From: Candidatus Omnitrophota bacterium
Lineage (GTDB): Bacteria > Omnitrophota > Gorgyraeia > 2-01-FULL-45-10
Length of the DNA: 64,000 nucleotides
Direction: 5' to 3'
Assembly (NCBI GenBank): GCA_030695905.1
Contig: JAUYOL010000043.1
Coordinates: forward strand, 194,561-258,560
Position numbers and translations under genes: made by a program. The notes under the pieces were generated by a model. The model was not told the origin of the DNA and did not search any database. It saw nothing but the letters and a program-made list of their open reading frames with translations. Positions 49,103 to 61,107 of this stretch are shown here, piece after piece (position 1 is the first letter of the stretch; the number at the start of each line of letters is the position of its first letter).

Positions 49103-50736
49103 TCATTTATCGAGGGCATGTATGCGAGATCTACGCCGGAACCTGTTTTTGGTATCAGGATCTCATTCCTGCCGAAGTTCACGGCCTCGCAGGTAACATT
49201 GTTGTCGGTAACCCACATCTTAAAACCTTTCTTACCTATCTGTCTTGGGCCGTCCTTTACGACAAGGTTGCGCGAAGAAAATACCGGCCGAGGATTCTCT
49301 TCGCCAAATGGCGCCAGGCTCTCGATCTCGTTTATAACGTTCTCGGTAAGCATATTAAGGGGTATCTCCATATCGATATCCAGCTGCTGGCTAAATGTAT
49401 CTTCATGGGTACATTTTTCCGCTTCGATATTTATCTTGTCCCTAAACTCATCCAGGCGGTCCTTATCTATCGTCAGTCCGCAGGCCCCTTCATGGCCGCC
49501 GAAGCCTATCAGCAGATCCTTACACTGGAGCATAACATTAAAGAGATTGAACTTCTCTACGCTCCTACCGGATCCTTTGCCGTGTTTTCCATCCAGCGAA
49601 ATCAATATAGTGGGCCTATAAAACCTGTCTGCGATCCTCGACGCCACTATCCCTATAACTCCGGCATGCCACCCAACGCTGCCTAAGACAATCACCTTGT
49701 GATGTTTAAAATTAACTTCCCTTTCCAGCTTGGAGAGCGCTTCGTCCAGTACGCGCGATTCTATCTTTTGCCTGTTCTTGTTTTCGGTATCCAGCACTTT
49801 GGCCAGAATGGCGGCTTCATCCTTATTATCCGTAAGTAAAAGGTCTATAGCCTTTTGAGGAGAGCCTACGCGGCCCATAGCATTTATTCTGGGCCCTAAC
49901 ATAAAGCCAATGTGCCCGCTTGAAATATCCTTACCGCTCAATCCGGAAATTTCGGTAAGGGCATTGATGCCCATTCTATTTCTCTTGTTTATTTCATCCA
50001 GACCGTGCTTGGCCAGGATCCTGTTCTCTCCTATCAATGGAACTATGTCCGCTATAGTGCCAAGGCTTACAAGATCGAGAAAATCTTCCGCAAAAAACGA
50101 AGTCCCTTCATAAAGAGCTTTGACTAATTTATAAGCAAGTCCTACGCCGGCAAGATGCTTGAATGGGTAGTTGCAGGATTCCTGCAGCGGATTTATAATA
50201 GCGTAAGCCTGCGGTAAGCGGGAATTTACTATTTCATGATGATCTGTCACAATTACATCTATTCTTAACGCTTTGGCATACTCAATTTCCTTAAAAGAAC
50301 TTATGCCGCAATCTACGGTAATTATCAGCGACACTCCGTCATTAACGGCTTTTTTTATAGCATTGGTATTAAGGCCATACCCTTCTTCAAGCCTATTTGG
50401 TATGTACGTCTCGACCGTCGCGCCCAAATTCAAAAGCGCCTGCTTTAGCATGGCAACGCTGGTCATGCCGTCTACATCATAATCGCCATAAACCAGAATT
50501 CTTTCCTTATCGCATACCGCCTTTTTTATTCGGGTAACGGCCTTGTCCATATCTTTTAGCAGGAATGGGTCGTGGCAGGACGACAAAGAACAGGCAAGAA
50601 ATTCGCCGGCATCTTTTACATTGTCTATGCCTCTATTTGATAAAAGCTGGGCCGTTATCTTCGAGATATTCAATTCAGAATAAAAACTATTCTGCATCGC
50701 GGCATTTTGATCTTTTATTTTCCAAATTCTTCGCAT
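49054..50736 (-). CDS. recJ: single-stranded-DNA-specific exonuclease RecJ
   Basis: 560 aa. DHH motifs (ILVYGDYDVDGMTS, DHH), a DHHA1 domain and a C-terminal OB-like domain. The start is possibly at the internal MQNSFY. Confidence 0.9.
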   Translation of the reverse strand: MRRIWKIKDQNAAMQNSFYSELNISKITAQLLSNRGIDNVKDAGEFLACSLSSCHDPFLLKDMDKAVTRIKKAVCDKERILVYGDYDVDGMTSVAMLKQALLNLGATVETYIPNRLEEGYGLNTNAIKKAVNDGVSLIITVDCGISSFKEIEYAKALRIDVIVTDHHEIVNSRLPQAYAIINPLQESCNYPFKHLAGVGLAYKLVKALYEGTSFFAEDFLDLVSLGTIADIVPLIGENRILAKHGLDEINKRNRMGINALTEISGLSGKDISSGHIGFMLGPRINAMGRVGSPQKAIDLLLTDNKDEAAILAKVLDTENKNRQKIESRVLDEALSKLEREVNFKHHKVIVLGSVGWHAGVIGIVASRIADRFYRPTILISLDGKHGKGSGRSVEKFNLFNVMLQCKDLLIGFGGHEGACGLTIDKDRLDEFRDKINIEAEKCTHEDTFSQQLDIDMEIPLNMLTENVINEIESLAPFGEENPRPVFSSRNLVVKDGPRQIGKKGFKMWVTDNNVTCEAVNFGRNEILIPKTGSGVDLAYMPSINDWQGVQSIQLELKDIK

Positions 50737-50755
50737 CGTCTTATGGCCTTAAAGC

Positions 50756-51628
50756 TTATTTTTTGGGCTCTACATGGACAACAACATCCGTCACGCCGGG
50801 TATGCTTGCCTTTATGGTGCCTTCTATCTCGTAACATATCTTATGCGCTTTATCTACATGCATATCCGGATTAACCTGCACATGAAGATCGACATATATA
50901 TCGTCTTCCCTGCCCCGCGTCCTTATCTTATGGCAGGCCCTCACACCCTTTATGGATAAAACTATATTTTCTATCTTTTTGCCGTCCAAGATTATCGCAT
51001 CACATAAAACACCGGAGCTGCGTCTTGCTATCGAAAAAGCCGCATACGCTACAAATAACGCTATCATGACGGTAACTATAGGATCGAGGATGGGATAGCC
51101 AATTCTGATTACTATTATAGCAACGATAACGGATAGCGAAGTAAAGATATCTGCCTTGGTATGTATTGAATCGGATATGAGTATATCGCTTTTAAGAAGC
51201 TTGCCCTGCTTATTCTCATAGCCCATCACAAGTATATTCACTACCATCGTGACGAGCATCACTATAAGACTGCCCGCGTTAATTTCAGGGTTTATAGGGT
51301 GGTGAAACCTCTCTATGGCCTTTGATAAAAGTTCGAAGCAGACAAAAAACAAGAGCGCCGCTATTCCCAGAGAAAAAAGCGTCTCATACTTCCTGTGCCC
51401 GTATGGATGGTCCTTATCCGCGGGTCTACAGGCGAGCGTAATACCTACTATGCCTATTATGTTGGAAGCGCCATCGGACAGGGAGTGGAAACCATCCGCT
51501 GTCATACTGGTAAAACGTGTGGCAAGGCCGAATGCTATCTTGGCTATCGCTACGGCCCAATTTAAGGCCAATACGACTATCAGGACATTTTTTATCTTAC
51601 CAAATCTTGCCGCCTGATCACTCGTCAT
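50756..51628 (-). CDS. cation diffusion facilitator (CDF) family metal efflux transporter
   Basis: 290 aa. Six TMs with HSLSDGASN and ADxFTS-type motifs, and a C-terminal cytoplasmic domain. Confidence 0.85.
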   Translation of the reverse strand: MTSDQAARFGKIKNVLIVVLALNWAVAIAKIAFGLATRFTSMTADGFHSLSDGASNIIGIVGITLACRPADKDHPYGHRKYETLFSLGIAALLFFVCFELLSKAIERFHHPINPEINAGSLIVMLVTMVVNILVMGYENKQGKLLKSDILISDSIHTKADIFTSLSVIVAIIVIRIGYPILDPIVTVMIALFVAYAAFSIARRSSGVLCDAIILDGKKIENIVLSIKGVRACHKIRTRGREDDIYVDLHVQVNPDMHVDKAHKICYEIEGTIKASIPGVTDVVVHVEPKK

Positions 51629-51645
51629 AAATTTAAGTTTGTCTG

Positions 51646-53874
51646 CTATCTTTTACCAACAAGCTTTGAGTGCCATGATATTACCATTGGGCTTGCGATA
51701 TATACGGTAGAGTAGACTCCGGTCAGAAACCCTACAAATATACACAAGGAAAAGTTACTCAATACCTCACCGCCTAAAACGAGTAATGCTATGACCGCAA
51801 GCATAGTGACACCGGTGGTAAGGATAGTCCTTCCAAGCATCTGGTTCACGCTTAAATTCACAACATCGCTGAAACTGCCCTTCCTTACAGTGCGCAGATT
51901 TTCCCTTATCCTGTCATATATGACAACCGTGTCGTTGATAGAATATCCGGCTATAGTAAGAAGCGCGGCGACTATCGTCAGGTCAAACTGTCTTTGCATA
52001 AGCGCCAGAGCGCCTGCCGCGACGACAACGTCATGCAGAAGCGCTATGATGCCGGCCAATCCGTACTTCAGGTCAAACCTTATCATTACATAAAGCATTA
52101 TACCAATAAGGCCCAAGGCAAGACTCGTCAAGGCATTCTTTCTTAAGTCCTTTCCGACTGCCGGCCCGACCGTCTCAACGCGCAATATCTGGAACGGATT
52201 TTCGGCCATATTTTTTCTAAACTCTCCGGTAAGTTTGGTTGTAATATCGTCCTGCGTCCTTACAATCAGTTCCTTCGGGTCTCCATACTGCTGAATGGCC
52301 GCGCTTCCATACCCTATATCTTTAAGGATCGTCCTTACCTTATCAAGCTTTACCGGCTCATTAAACACAAATTGCTGTAATGTCCCTCCGGAAAAATCTA
52401 CTCCATAATTTTTGTCACCGCGTATCGCGAATATCGCGATGCCGGCTATTATGACTATGGTGCTGATGATGTAACATATTTTTCTCTTTCCTATAAAATC
52501 GAAATTGGTGGTCTTCTTAAATATGTGCATGAAATTCAATTTTGACAGTCCGAACTGGTCACACATCAGCTCCATGACAACCCTGGTACATGCGACAGCC
52601 GTAAATAAGTTTGCTAATAGCCCTATCGTAAGCGTGACCGCAAAACCTCGAATTGGCCCTGTGCCGAATTGGAATATAAGAGCTGCCGCCACTATCGTTG
52701 TTATGTTAGAGTCTACGATCGCGGAGAGCGCTCTGTGGTAACCGGCCGCTATTGCCGCTCTAAGCGATTTGCCAAGAGCCAGTTCTTCTCTTATCCTCTC
52801 ATAAATAAGCACGTTCGCGTCTACAGCCATACCTATGGTCAATATCAAACCTGCTATGCCCGGCAAAGTAAGGGTTCCCTTAAATAACGAGAGGGCCGCC
52901 AGTATAAGAAGAACGTTTAGTACAAGCGCGAAATTTGCTACTAATCCTGCCAGGCGGTAATATAAGATCATGAATCCGACTACGAGAAGAGTGCCCACTA
53001 TGGCCGCGTTGAGGCCGCTTCTTATCGAATCCGCTCCCAAAAGCGGCCCGACGGTCCTCTCTTCTTCTACCAAAACAGGGGCGGGTAACGCGCCGGCCCT
53101 TAACACTATCGAAAGGTCATTTGCTTCCTCAACCGTAAAATTGCCGCTTATCTGAGCTTGACCTGACGGTATCGGCTCGCGAATTACCGGAGCGGACTGA
53201 ACCTTTCCATCCAACACTATGGCTAATCTCTTACCAACGTTGGCTTGAGTAATAGCATAAAATAGCTCGGACCCTTTTGGATTAAGCGCCAACGAGACAT
53301 AAGGCTCTCCAAAACCTCTTGAGCTAAAATCTGTCTTTGCGTTGACAATGCAATCGCCGGCTAAAGAGGCTTCAGTTGCTATTAGGAGCGGCTCACGGCC
53401 GCCGCTTTCTCTCTCCTGATATTTTAATTCATATCCCTCTACAGGCTCATTATTAATAGCTTTCTTTATATCCTCAGCATTATCCGAGACCAATTTAAAT
53501 TCCAAATGCGCAGTCTTGCCTATAATTTCAAGAGCTCGATCTCTATCTGTAATGCCCGGAAGCTGGACTATTATATTCTCTTTGCCCTGCCTCTGTATCG
53601 ACATTTCACCTACGCCAAACTGGTCTACCCTGTTCCTGATAATTTCTATTACGCGCTCTACGGCATCTTTTCTTGCTTCAACCGGCAGTTTAGAGATGTC
53701 TACCTTAAGCACAACGTGCATGCCGCCCTGCAAGTCTAAGCCGAGATTTATCTTTCCCTTCTGGATTATTTTACCGTCTTTGTCCTTGGTTGTAAAAGGC
53801 GGCAAAATCATCAAAACGCATACTACGATAATGGCTATTATCCCGATAAATTTCCACTGCAAACCCTTATTCAT
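51646..53874 (-). CDS. secDF: protein translocase subunit SecDF (fused)
   Basis: 742 aa. SecD N-terminal TM plus periplasmic domain plus 6 TM, followed by SecF-like TMs in one ORF. Confidence 0.9.
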   Translation of the reverse strand: MNKGLQWKFIGIIAIIVVCVLMILPPFTTKDKDGKIIQKGKINLGLDLQGGMHVVLKVDISKLPVEARKDAVERVIEIIRNRVDQFGVGEMSIQRQGKENIIVQLPGITDRDRALEIIGKTAHLEFKLVSDNAEDIKKAINNEPVEGYELKYQERESGGREPLLIATEASLAGDCIVNAKTDFSSRGFGEPYVSLALNPKGSELFYAITQANVGKRLAIVLDGKVQSAPVIREPIPSGQAQISGNFTVEEANDLSIVLRAGALPAPVLVEEERTVGPLLGADSIRSGLNAAIVGTLLVVGFMILYYRLAGLVANFALVLNVLLILAALSLFKGTLTLPGIAGLILTIGMAVDANVLIYERIREELALGKSLRAAIAAGYHRALSAIVDSNITTIVAAALIFQFGTGPIRGFAVTLTIGLLANLFTAVACTRVVMELMCDQFGLSKLNFMHIFKKTTNFDFIGKRKICYIISTIVIIAGIAIFAIRGDKNYGVDFSGGTLQQFVFNEPVKLDKVRTILKDIGYGSAAIQQYGDPKELIVRTQDDITTKLTGEFRKNMAENPFQILRVETVGPAVGKDLRKNALTSLALGLIGIMLYVMIRFDLKYGLAGIIALLHDVVVAAGALALMQRQFDLTIVAALLTIAGYSINDTVVIYDRIRENLRTVRKGSFSDVVNLSVNQMLGRTILTTGVTMLAVIALLVLGGEVLSNFSLCIFVGFLTGVYSTVYIASPMVISWHSKLVGKR

Positions 53875-53898
53875 TATAAAAACCTCCGATTTACTTTC

Positions 53899-55388
<1,490 letters not shown>

Positions 55389-55391
<3 letters not shown>

Positions 55392-56387
55392 CAATATCAA
55401 CATCGCGTCGCCATAACTAAAAAACCTGTAACGTTTTTCAATTGCCTGCCTGTATGCCTCGAATATAAAATCCTTTCCCGCAAACGCACTCACAAGCAAC
55501 ATGAGCGTCGATTTTGGGAGATGAAAATTAGTAATAAGATGATCGACGATATTAAACTTGAAGCCTGGATAGATGAATAGATCATTATCCCCTTCAGCCT
55601 TACCTTCCTTAGCCCAATATTCGAGACTTCTCGCGGATGTTGTACCGACAGCAAAAACTTTTCCGCCAATTTTTTTCGCAGCTCTGACCGCTTCTATAGC
55701 ACATGATGGTATACTAAAATATTCCCTATGCATCTTATGACTCTCCACATCTTCTGTCTTGACCGGAGCAAAGGTGCCATAATTTGTATGTAAGGTTACA
55801 TACGACAATCGCACTCCGCTGGCCGCCAACTGATCTAATACCTCTTTCGTGAAGTGGAGCCCCGCTGTTGGACTTGCCGTAGCGCCCTCTTTGGCGGCAT
55901 ATATAGTCTGATACGAACCCCTATCGTCCGGACCGTCAATCCTATCTATGTACGGAGGCAGCGGCATATGGCCCGACTCCAGTATCTCATCAATAGGCCG
56001 ATTAAACTTAACAAGCCTGCCCACTTCTGTCCTGTTTAAAATTTCGGCTTCGGCGCCCGATTCCAGAGTTACCTTTTCGCCTTCCTTAAGCCTCCCTGAA
56101 GGCCTCAACAGCACCCTGCATACCGGGTTCTTCTTTTCCAGCAGGAACAGCTCGACCTTACCGCCTGTCTTACGCCTGCCAAATAGTCGCGCAGGTATGA
56201 CCTTGGTATCATTAAGCGTTAGAAGATCTCCGCTATTAAAGTAGCCGGCAATATCTTCGAATTTTTTATGCTCGATGGATTTTTTAGCTCTGTCCAACAC
56301 CATTAGCCTGCACTTCGCCCGTTCTTTGAGGGGATGCTGCGCGATCAGTTCTTTTGGCAGGATATAATCAAATTCGGATAATTTCAT
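55389..56387 (-). CDS. queA: S-adenosylmethionine:tRNA ribosyltransferase-isomerase
   Basis: 332 aa, starting MKLSEFDYILPKELIAQHP, the canonical QueA N-terminus. Confidence 0.9.
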
Positions 56388-56393
56388 GAAATT

Positions 56394-57560
56394 CTACAAC
56401 TTACCGGAGATTTTGTCTATGGTCGTAATCTGGGCGCCGGGATAATATAATTCCAGGATCTGCTCGCACTTCTTTTTCTTATCAGATTGCCCCTTGGCTC
56501 CCCATTGACACATCCCGACACCGTGGCCCCAGCCTATGCCCTTCAAGACAAGTTTGTCGCCGTTTATAGAGACCTCGAAATTTGTGCTTCGCACGTCATT
56601 GGGCCCCAACATATGTCTAAAATCTTTCGCTGTCAATATACAGGATACATCGGCTTCATCCTTTATTTCCACCTTATCCGCCCTGCCGGAATTGTCTCTT
56701 GATAAAACCTCAATCTTTTTTATACTCCCCACTTTATACCCGCCGCCGCTCAACTTTTTCTCCAGGTCTTTCAGCAGGACTATTTTTGTCCACTTGTAAT
56801 GAGGGGACTCTTTGCAATAACTACACTCAACGCTCTTCAGGCATGGCAAGTCTATGTTCCACAAACTCGACGCATCCTCTGTTCGGCCGCCGCATGTTGC
56901 GTGGTAATAGGCCGGAAATATATCGCCGTTGTAAGCCAGAACTTTCCCAGCGGTAAGCTTTACCGCCCTGGTTGTGGCCCATCTCTCGGATGTCGCGCCG
57001 CTATACACCTGAGAGTATATATCATTTGTTAAATCATAGTCCTGCAGCTTATTCTGCCTTGCCTGATAGAGAGCAAACGTACGCGCGGTAACAGCTTGAG
57101 CTTTTATGGATTCTATAGGCCAGCGGTGCGACACTTCATTATACAGAACACCATACAGGTATTCTTCGAGAGGCACCCTGTTTATCACCATAAGTTTTGC
57201 GTTGTCCTTACGTACAATATCAACGCTGCCTCTAAAAGCCCTTCCGTCGATATATATGTACGCGCTTTCGGGCACAACAATTCTGATCTTTGAAAATTTC
57301 AGATCGCGCTGGCCAAACATAATACCCTGGTCGCTGGCGCTAACAACAGTGTGAAGTATGTACCCCCCCGTCAAGAGCTTATCTGAAGGAATAGAATATA
57401 TCCTATAGCCCCCCTTTATTACCATTAAAACATTGTCTTTGTTCTCAATTACAAGAACACGCAAAATGGGGTTTATATTTTTTTTATTCGCTTGACTATC
57501 CGCGCCCATAACCGACAAGGATAATAAAATTATTAAAAATAAAGCTGATATTTTCTTCAC
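56394..57560 (-). CDS. SpoIID/LytB domain protein (peptidoglycan lytic transglycosylase-like)
   Basis: 388 aa. Signal peptide and SpoIID-like motifs (ATCGGRTEDASSLW). Confidence 0.7.
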   Translation of the reverse strand: MKKISALFLIILLSLSVMGADSQANKKNINPILRVLVIENKDNVLMVIKGGYRIYSIPSDKLLTGGYILHTVVSASDQGIMFGQRDLKFSKIRIVVPESAYIYIDGRAFRGSVDIVRKDNAKLMVINRVPLEEYLYGVLYNEVSHRWPIESIKAQAVTARTFALYQARQNKLQDYDLTNDIYSQVYSGATSERWATTRAVKLTAGKVLAYNGDIFPAYYHATCGGRTEDASSLWNIDLPCLKSVECSYCKESPHYKWTKIVLLKDLEKKLSGGGYKVGSIKKIEVLSRDNSGRADKVEIKDEADVSCILTAKDFRHMLGPNDVRSTNFEVSINGDKLVLKGIGWGHGVGMCQWGAKGQSDKKKKCEQILELYYPGAQITTIDKISGKL

Positions 57561-58099
57561 TTACTTCCCTTCTTCTCTATTCTCTCTTTCTCCGAGAATA
57601 TACAACCGCAGTAATTCTGGCAATAGATGCCTTTCGACTTGGCCTTATTATGCGCAGCCTTAAAACCTGTCCTAAAATCTTCATAATAGAACTTTAAGCC
57701 GGCTTCCTTTGCGACCTCTTCGCCTATGTTCTTTACGACTTCTTGATCCTGATATGGACTACCCAACAAAGTCGTGGTAAACGCTTCGAAGCCATTCTCT
57801 TTCGAGAGCTGGGCAACCCTTCTCATTCTATACCACCAGCAGATAGGACATCTACTCTTCGTAGACTCGCTATCGATAATATATTCGAGGTATCCCTCGA
57901 GATCATATTCCGCATAAATAACATTTAGCGATACCTCTTTGGAATATTTCTCGACCTCTTTTTTCCTCTTAAGATATTCCGAGTAAGGATGTATGTTAGG
58001 GTTGTAGAAGAGCCCTGCTATCTTGTGGCCGCTTTTTCTTAAGGCTTCCACCGGATAAATCTCACAGGGCGCGCAACAGATGTGCAAAAGAATGTTCAA
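57557..58099 (-). CDS. queH: epoxyqueuosine reductase QueH (DUF208)
   Basis: 180 aa, starting MNILLHICCAPCEIYPVEALR, with Cys ligand pairs CPICWWY and CGC. Confidence 0.85.
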   Translation of the reverse strand: MNILLHICCAPCEIYPVEALRKSGHKIAGLFYNPNIHPYSEYLKRKKEVEKYSKEVSLNVIYAEYDLEGYLEYIIDSESTKSRCPICWWYRMRRVAQLSKENGFEAFTTTLLGSPYQDQEVVKNIGEEVAKEAGLKFYYEDFRTGFKAAHNKAKSKGIYCQNYCGCIFSEKERIEKKGSK

Positions 58100-59160
58100 A
58101 ACATCTCCTTTTGAACTTCTTTAGCCTTTTTTTGCGCGAAACCCATATGGTCATAAGCCAGCTTCGTGAGCTCTCTGCCTCGTGGTGTGCGTTTTAAAAA
58201 TCCTATTTTGAGCAGAAACGGCTCAACCATATCGGATATAGTGTCGCTTTCCTCGTTTAGTGATGCCGCTATGGCCTCTATCCCGGCAGGGCCGCCGCCG
58301 AATGATTCATATATTATGCTCAAGACTTTTCTGTCTATATTATCAAGGCCCACCTTATCTATATTATGGCTCTTCAGCGCCTCCTGGGTAGCGTCTTGGG
58401 TTATTTTACCGTCGCGCTTTACCTGCACCCAGTCCCTCACGCGCCGAAGCAGCCTATTGGCGACTCTGGGGGAGCCCCTCGAGCGCCTGGCTATTTCATA
58501 CGCCGCGTTTTCGTCTATAGGTATATCCAATATCTTTGCCGAACGGGTTATAATCTTTACCAGATCATCGGTTTCATAAAAATCGAGATGGTGGAATATT
58601 CCAAACCTTGACCTTAAAGGCGCCGTAAGCAATCCCGCGCGCGTCGTTGCGCCTATCAAAGTAAAACGCTTGAGTTTAAACTTATAGGTCCTCGCATACG
58701 CGCCCTTATCCATAACAACATCTACTTCAAAATTTTCCATGGCAGGATATATATATTCCTCAACGGTCTTGGAAAGCCTGTGTATCTCATCGATAAAAAG
58801 GATGTCCCCTTCTTCCAGATTCGTCAGAACCCCGACCAAGTCTCCGGCGCGCTGTATGGCGGGGCCACTTGTAGAAGTGATCTTTGTGCCCATCTCATGC
58901 GCGATAATATGCGCTAAGGATGTCTTGCCAAGCCCCGGGGGGCCGGACAAAAGAGTGTGCTCTAAAGGCTCCTTCCTCTTCTTAGCGGCCTCTAAAGAGA
59001 CTTTGAGATTATCTATTACACTGCCCTGCCCTACGAAATCGCTTAGCTTGGAAGGCCGCAACGACAGGATCAGTATCTGATCCTCGTCAGTCTCCTGATT
59101 AGTGATAAGCTTTTCTCTCCCTTCAGGCGCTATTTTTTTATTTATTTCTTTTTTATTCAT
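58096..59160 (-). CDS. ruvB: Holliday junction branch migration ATPase RuvB
   Basis: 354 aa. Walker A GPPGLGKTSLA and Walker B ILFIDEIHRL. Confidence 0.95.
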   Translation of the reverse strand: MNKKEINKKIAPEGREKLITNQETDEDQILILSLRPSKLSDFVGQGSVIDNLKVSLEAAKKRKEPLEHTLLSGPPGLGKTSLAHIIAHEMGTKITSTSGPAIQRAGDLVGVLTNLEEGDILFIDEIHRLSKTVEEYIYPAMENFEVDVVMDKGAYARTYKFKLKRFTLIGATTRAGLLTAPLRSRFGIFHHLDFYETDDLVKIITRSAKILDIPIDENAAYEIARRSRGSPRVANRLLRRVRDWVQVKRDGKITQDATQEALKSHNIDKVGLDNIDRKVLSIIYESFGGGPAGIEAIAASLNEESDTISDMVEPFLLKIGFLKRTPRGRELTKLAYDHMGFAQKKAKEVQKEMF

Positions 59161-59184
59161 CTTCTGTCTTTGCTTACAGTTTAA

Positions 59185-59204
59185 AGCTTACGGCCTACAG
59201 CTTT
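59185..59204. repeat. copy 3, AAGCTTACGGCCTACAGCTT, overlapping the ruvA stop and last codons, about 25 nt before the ruvB start
   Basis: Seen directly. Confidence 0.5.
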
Positions 59205-59820
59205 TACTTCCCTTATAGACCTCATTCAATATCTCTTCACATGAAGATATGCCGGTGTTGCGCTTGACAGCATTCTCTATCATATCCCTTGCTTCGTTCT
59301 TCTTATACTGAAGCTGAAGCAAGACATTTAGCGCCTCTTCTTTTATATTCTCTTTTACCTTTGGTAAGTCTTTCGCGGATCCGTCCTGTATAAGGCAGAA
59401 TTTTCCGACCTTGCCCTGCAATTTCGCTATAATTTCACGGGCTTTCTGCTCGCCTATGCCGGGAAGCGTCTTCAGCAGTGGCATATCGCCATTGTCTATT
59501 GCGTCAGCTATTGTGGAGAATGACAGACTAAGAGCTTTGCAGGCTGCCTTCGGCCCGACCCCCGACACCTTTATGAACTGCTCAAAAAATTCTTTTTCTA
59601 CTTCATTAAGAAAGCCTATCAATACCGGCATCGCCCTCGACGGATCCATCTGATAGTAGTGATAAGTTATAAAATTTATATTCCCATCGGGAGACTTCGC
59701 GCTGTCTATAGATTTCATTATTGCAGGCGGCACCAGGACTTCATAAGATATCCCATTACAGTCTAGTATAACACTGAACTCTTTTTTCCTTTTTATCTTT
59801 CCGCTTATTTCCGAAATCAT
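59188..59820 (-). CDS. ruvA: Holliday junction DNA helicase RuvA
   Basis: 210 aa. OB domain, HhH motifs (LKTLPGIGEQKAREII) and a C-terminal domain III. Confidence 0.9.
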   Translation of the reverse strand: MISEISGKIKRKKEFSVILDCNGISYEVLVPPAIMKSIDSAKSPDGNINFITYHYYQMDPSRAMPVLIGFLNEVEKEFFEQFIKVSGVGPKAACKALSLSFSTIADAIDNGDMPLLKTLPGIGEQKAREIIAKLQGKVGKFCLIQDGSAKDLPKVKENIKEEALNVLLQLQYKKNEARDMIENAVKRNTGISSCEEILNEVYKGSKSCRP

Positions 59821-59824
59821 ATAT

Positions 59825-60370
59825 TTAGCCCTTGCATTTAAAGCCCCGGATTCCGGCTCCCGGTCCTTTGTTGATATAACAATACGCTATCGCCATGGCG
59901 AGCGCATCGCTTACATCTACCGGCTCCGGAGGATTCTTTAGTTTAAACGTATTCTGAACCATCCTCTGCACCTGTTGTTTTGAAGCATGCCCGTTACCGG
60001 TCACGATCTTTTTTATCTTAGTGGAAGGATAATTTATTAAGTTCACGCCATTTATACCGCAAGCAAGACATACGACTGAGCGGGCATGGCCCATAAGTAT
60101 CGCTGTGGCAGGATGCTTGTAATGAGAATATATCTTTTCCAGTACTAATACAGAAGGCTTGTGTTCTCTGATTATTTCCGAGACCTCTTCGAATATCTTT
60201 TTTAACCTGGCCTGTATCGGTGTATTCGCCGCGGTCTTGATAATCCCGGCCTCGACAATTTTAAAATTGCCATTCGCTCCTGGTAGGCAATTCCGCGAAG
60301 CGAAATTATTGTCCTCGATTATACCATAACCTGTGGTCCCGAGGCCCGGGTCAATGCCGAGTATCCGCAT
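59825..60370 (-). CDS. ruvC: crossover junction endodeoxyribonuclease RuvC
   Basis: 181 aa, starting MRILGIDPGLGTTGYGIIE (RNase H-like fold). Contains catalytic acidic residues. Confidence 0.9.
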   Translation of the reverse strand: MRILGIDPGLGTTGYGIIEDNNFASRNCLPGANGNFKIVEAGIIKTAANTPIQARLKKIFEEVSEIIREHKPSVLVLEKIYSHYKHPATAILMGHARSVVCLACGINGVNLINYPSTKIKKIVTGNGHASKQQVQRMVQNTFKLKNPPEPVDVSDALAMAIAYCYINKGPGAGIRGFKCKG

Positions 60371-61107
60371 TATTCCTTTATCAGCTCATCCGGTATGTCA
60401 AAATTGGCGTACACGTGCTGAATATCCTCATGTTCCTCGATCGAGTCGACAAGATCCAGTATTTTTTTAGCTTCATCGCCCGCCACCTTTACCGTACTCT
60501 TGGGAAGAAGAGTTATTTCGGCGTCTTCGGTCTTTATACCGGCGTCGTCTATAGCCTTCTTCACTTTAAAATAGTCTTGAGGGCTCGTCTTTATAGCGTA
60601 GTTTTCATCTTCTACTATCAGGTCCTCCGCTCCCGCGTCAAGAGCTATGCCCATTAACTTGTCTTCGTCTATTACATTCTTGCTTACAACTATATATCCC
60701 TTCTTTTCAAACATCCAGGCCACTGAACCCGCGCCTGCCATGTTGCCGCCCTTTTTTGTAAATATCGTCCTGACTTCGGCGGTGGTCCTATTCTTGTTGT
60801 CCGATACGCCTTCGACATATATTGCGACTCCGCCCGGCCCATAGCCCTCCAAAGTTATATCCTCATATGTCACGCCTTCGAGCTGTCCGGTGCCTTTTTT
60901 TATAGCGCGATCTATGTTATCCGCCGGCATACTCGACTCCTTGGCTCTCTCTATCGCCACTCTAAGCCTTGGGTTAGTATCGGGGTTACCGCCATTCCTG
61001 GCGGCTACCGTGATTTCTTTTATAAGCTTCGTAAATAGATTGCCGCGCTTCGCGTCTGTCGCAGCTTTTTTGTGTTTAATCGTTGCCCACTTTGAATGAC
61101 CGCTCAT
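60370..61107 (-). CDS. yebC: YebC/PmpR family DNA-binding transcriptional regulator
   Basis: 245 aa, starting MSGHSKWATIKHKKAATDAKRG, the canonical YebC N-terminus. Confidence 0.9.
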   Translation of the reverse strand: MSGHSKWATIKHKKAATDAKRGNLFTKLIKEITVAARNGGNPDTNPRLRVAIERAKESSMPADNIDRAIKKGTGQLEGVTYEDITLEGYGPGGVAIYVEGVSDNKNRTTAEVRTIFTKKGGNMAGAGSVAWMFEKKGYIVVSKNVIDEDKLMGIALDAGAEDLIVEDENYAIKTSPQDYFKVKKAIDDAGIKTEDAEITLLPKSTVKVAGDEAKKILDLVDSIEEHEDIQHVYANFDIPDELIKE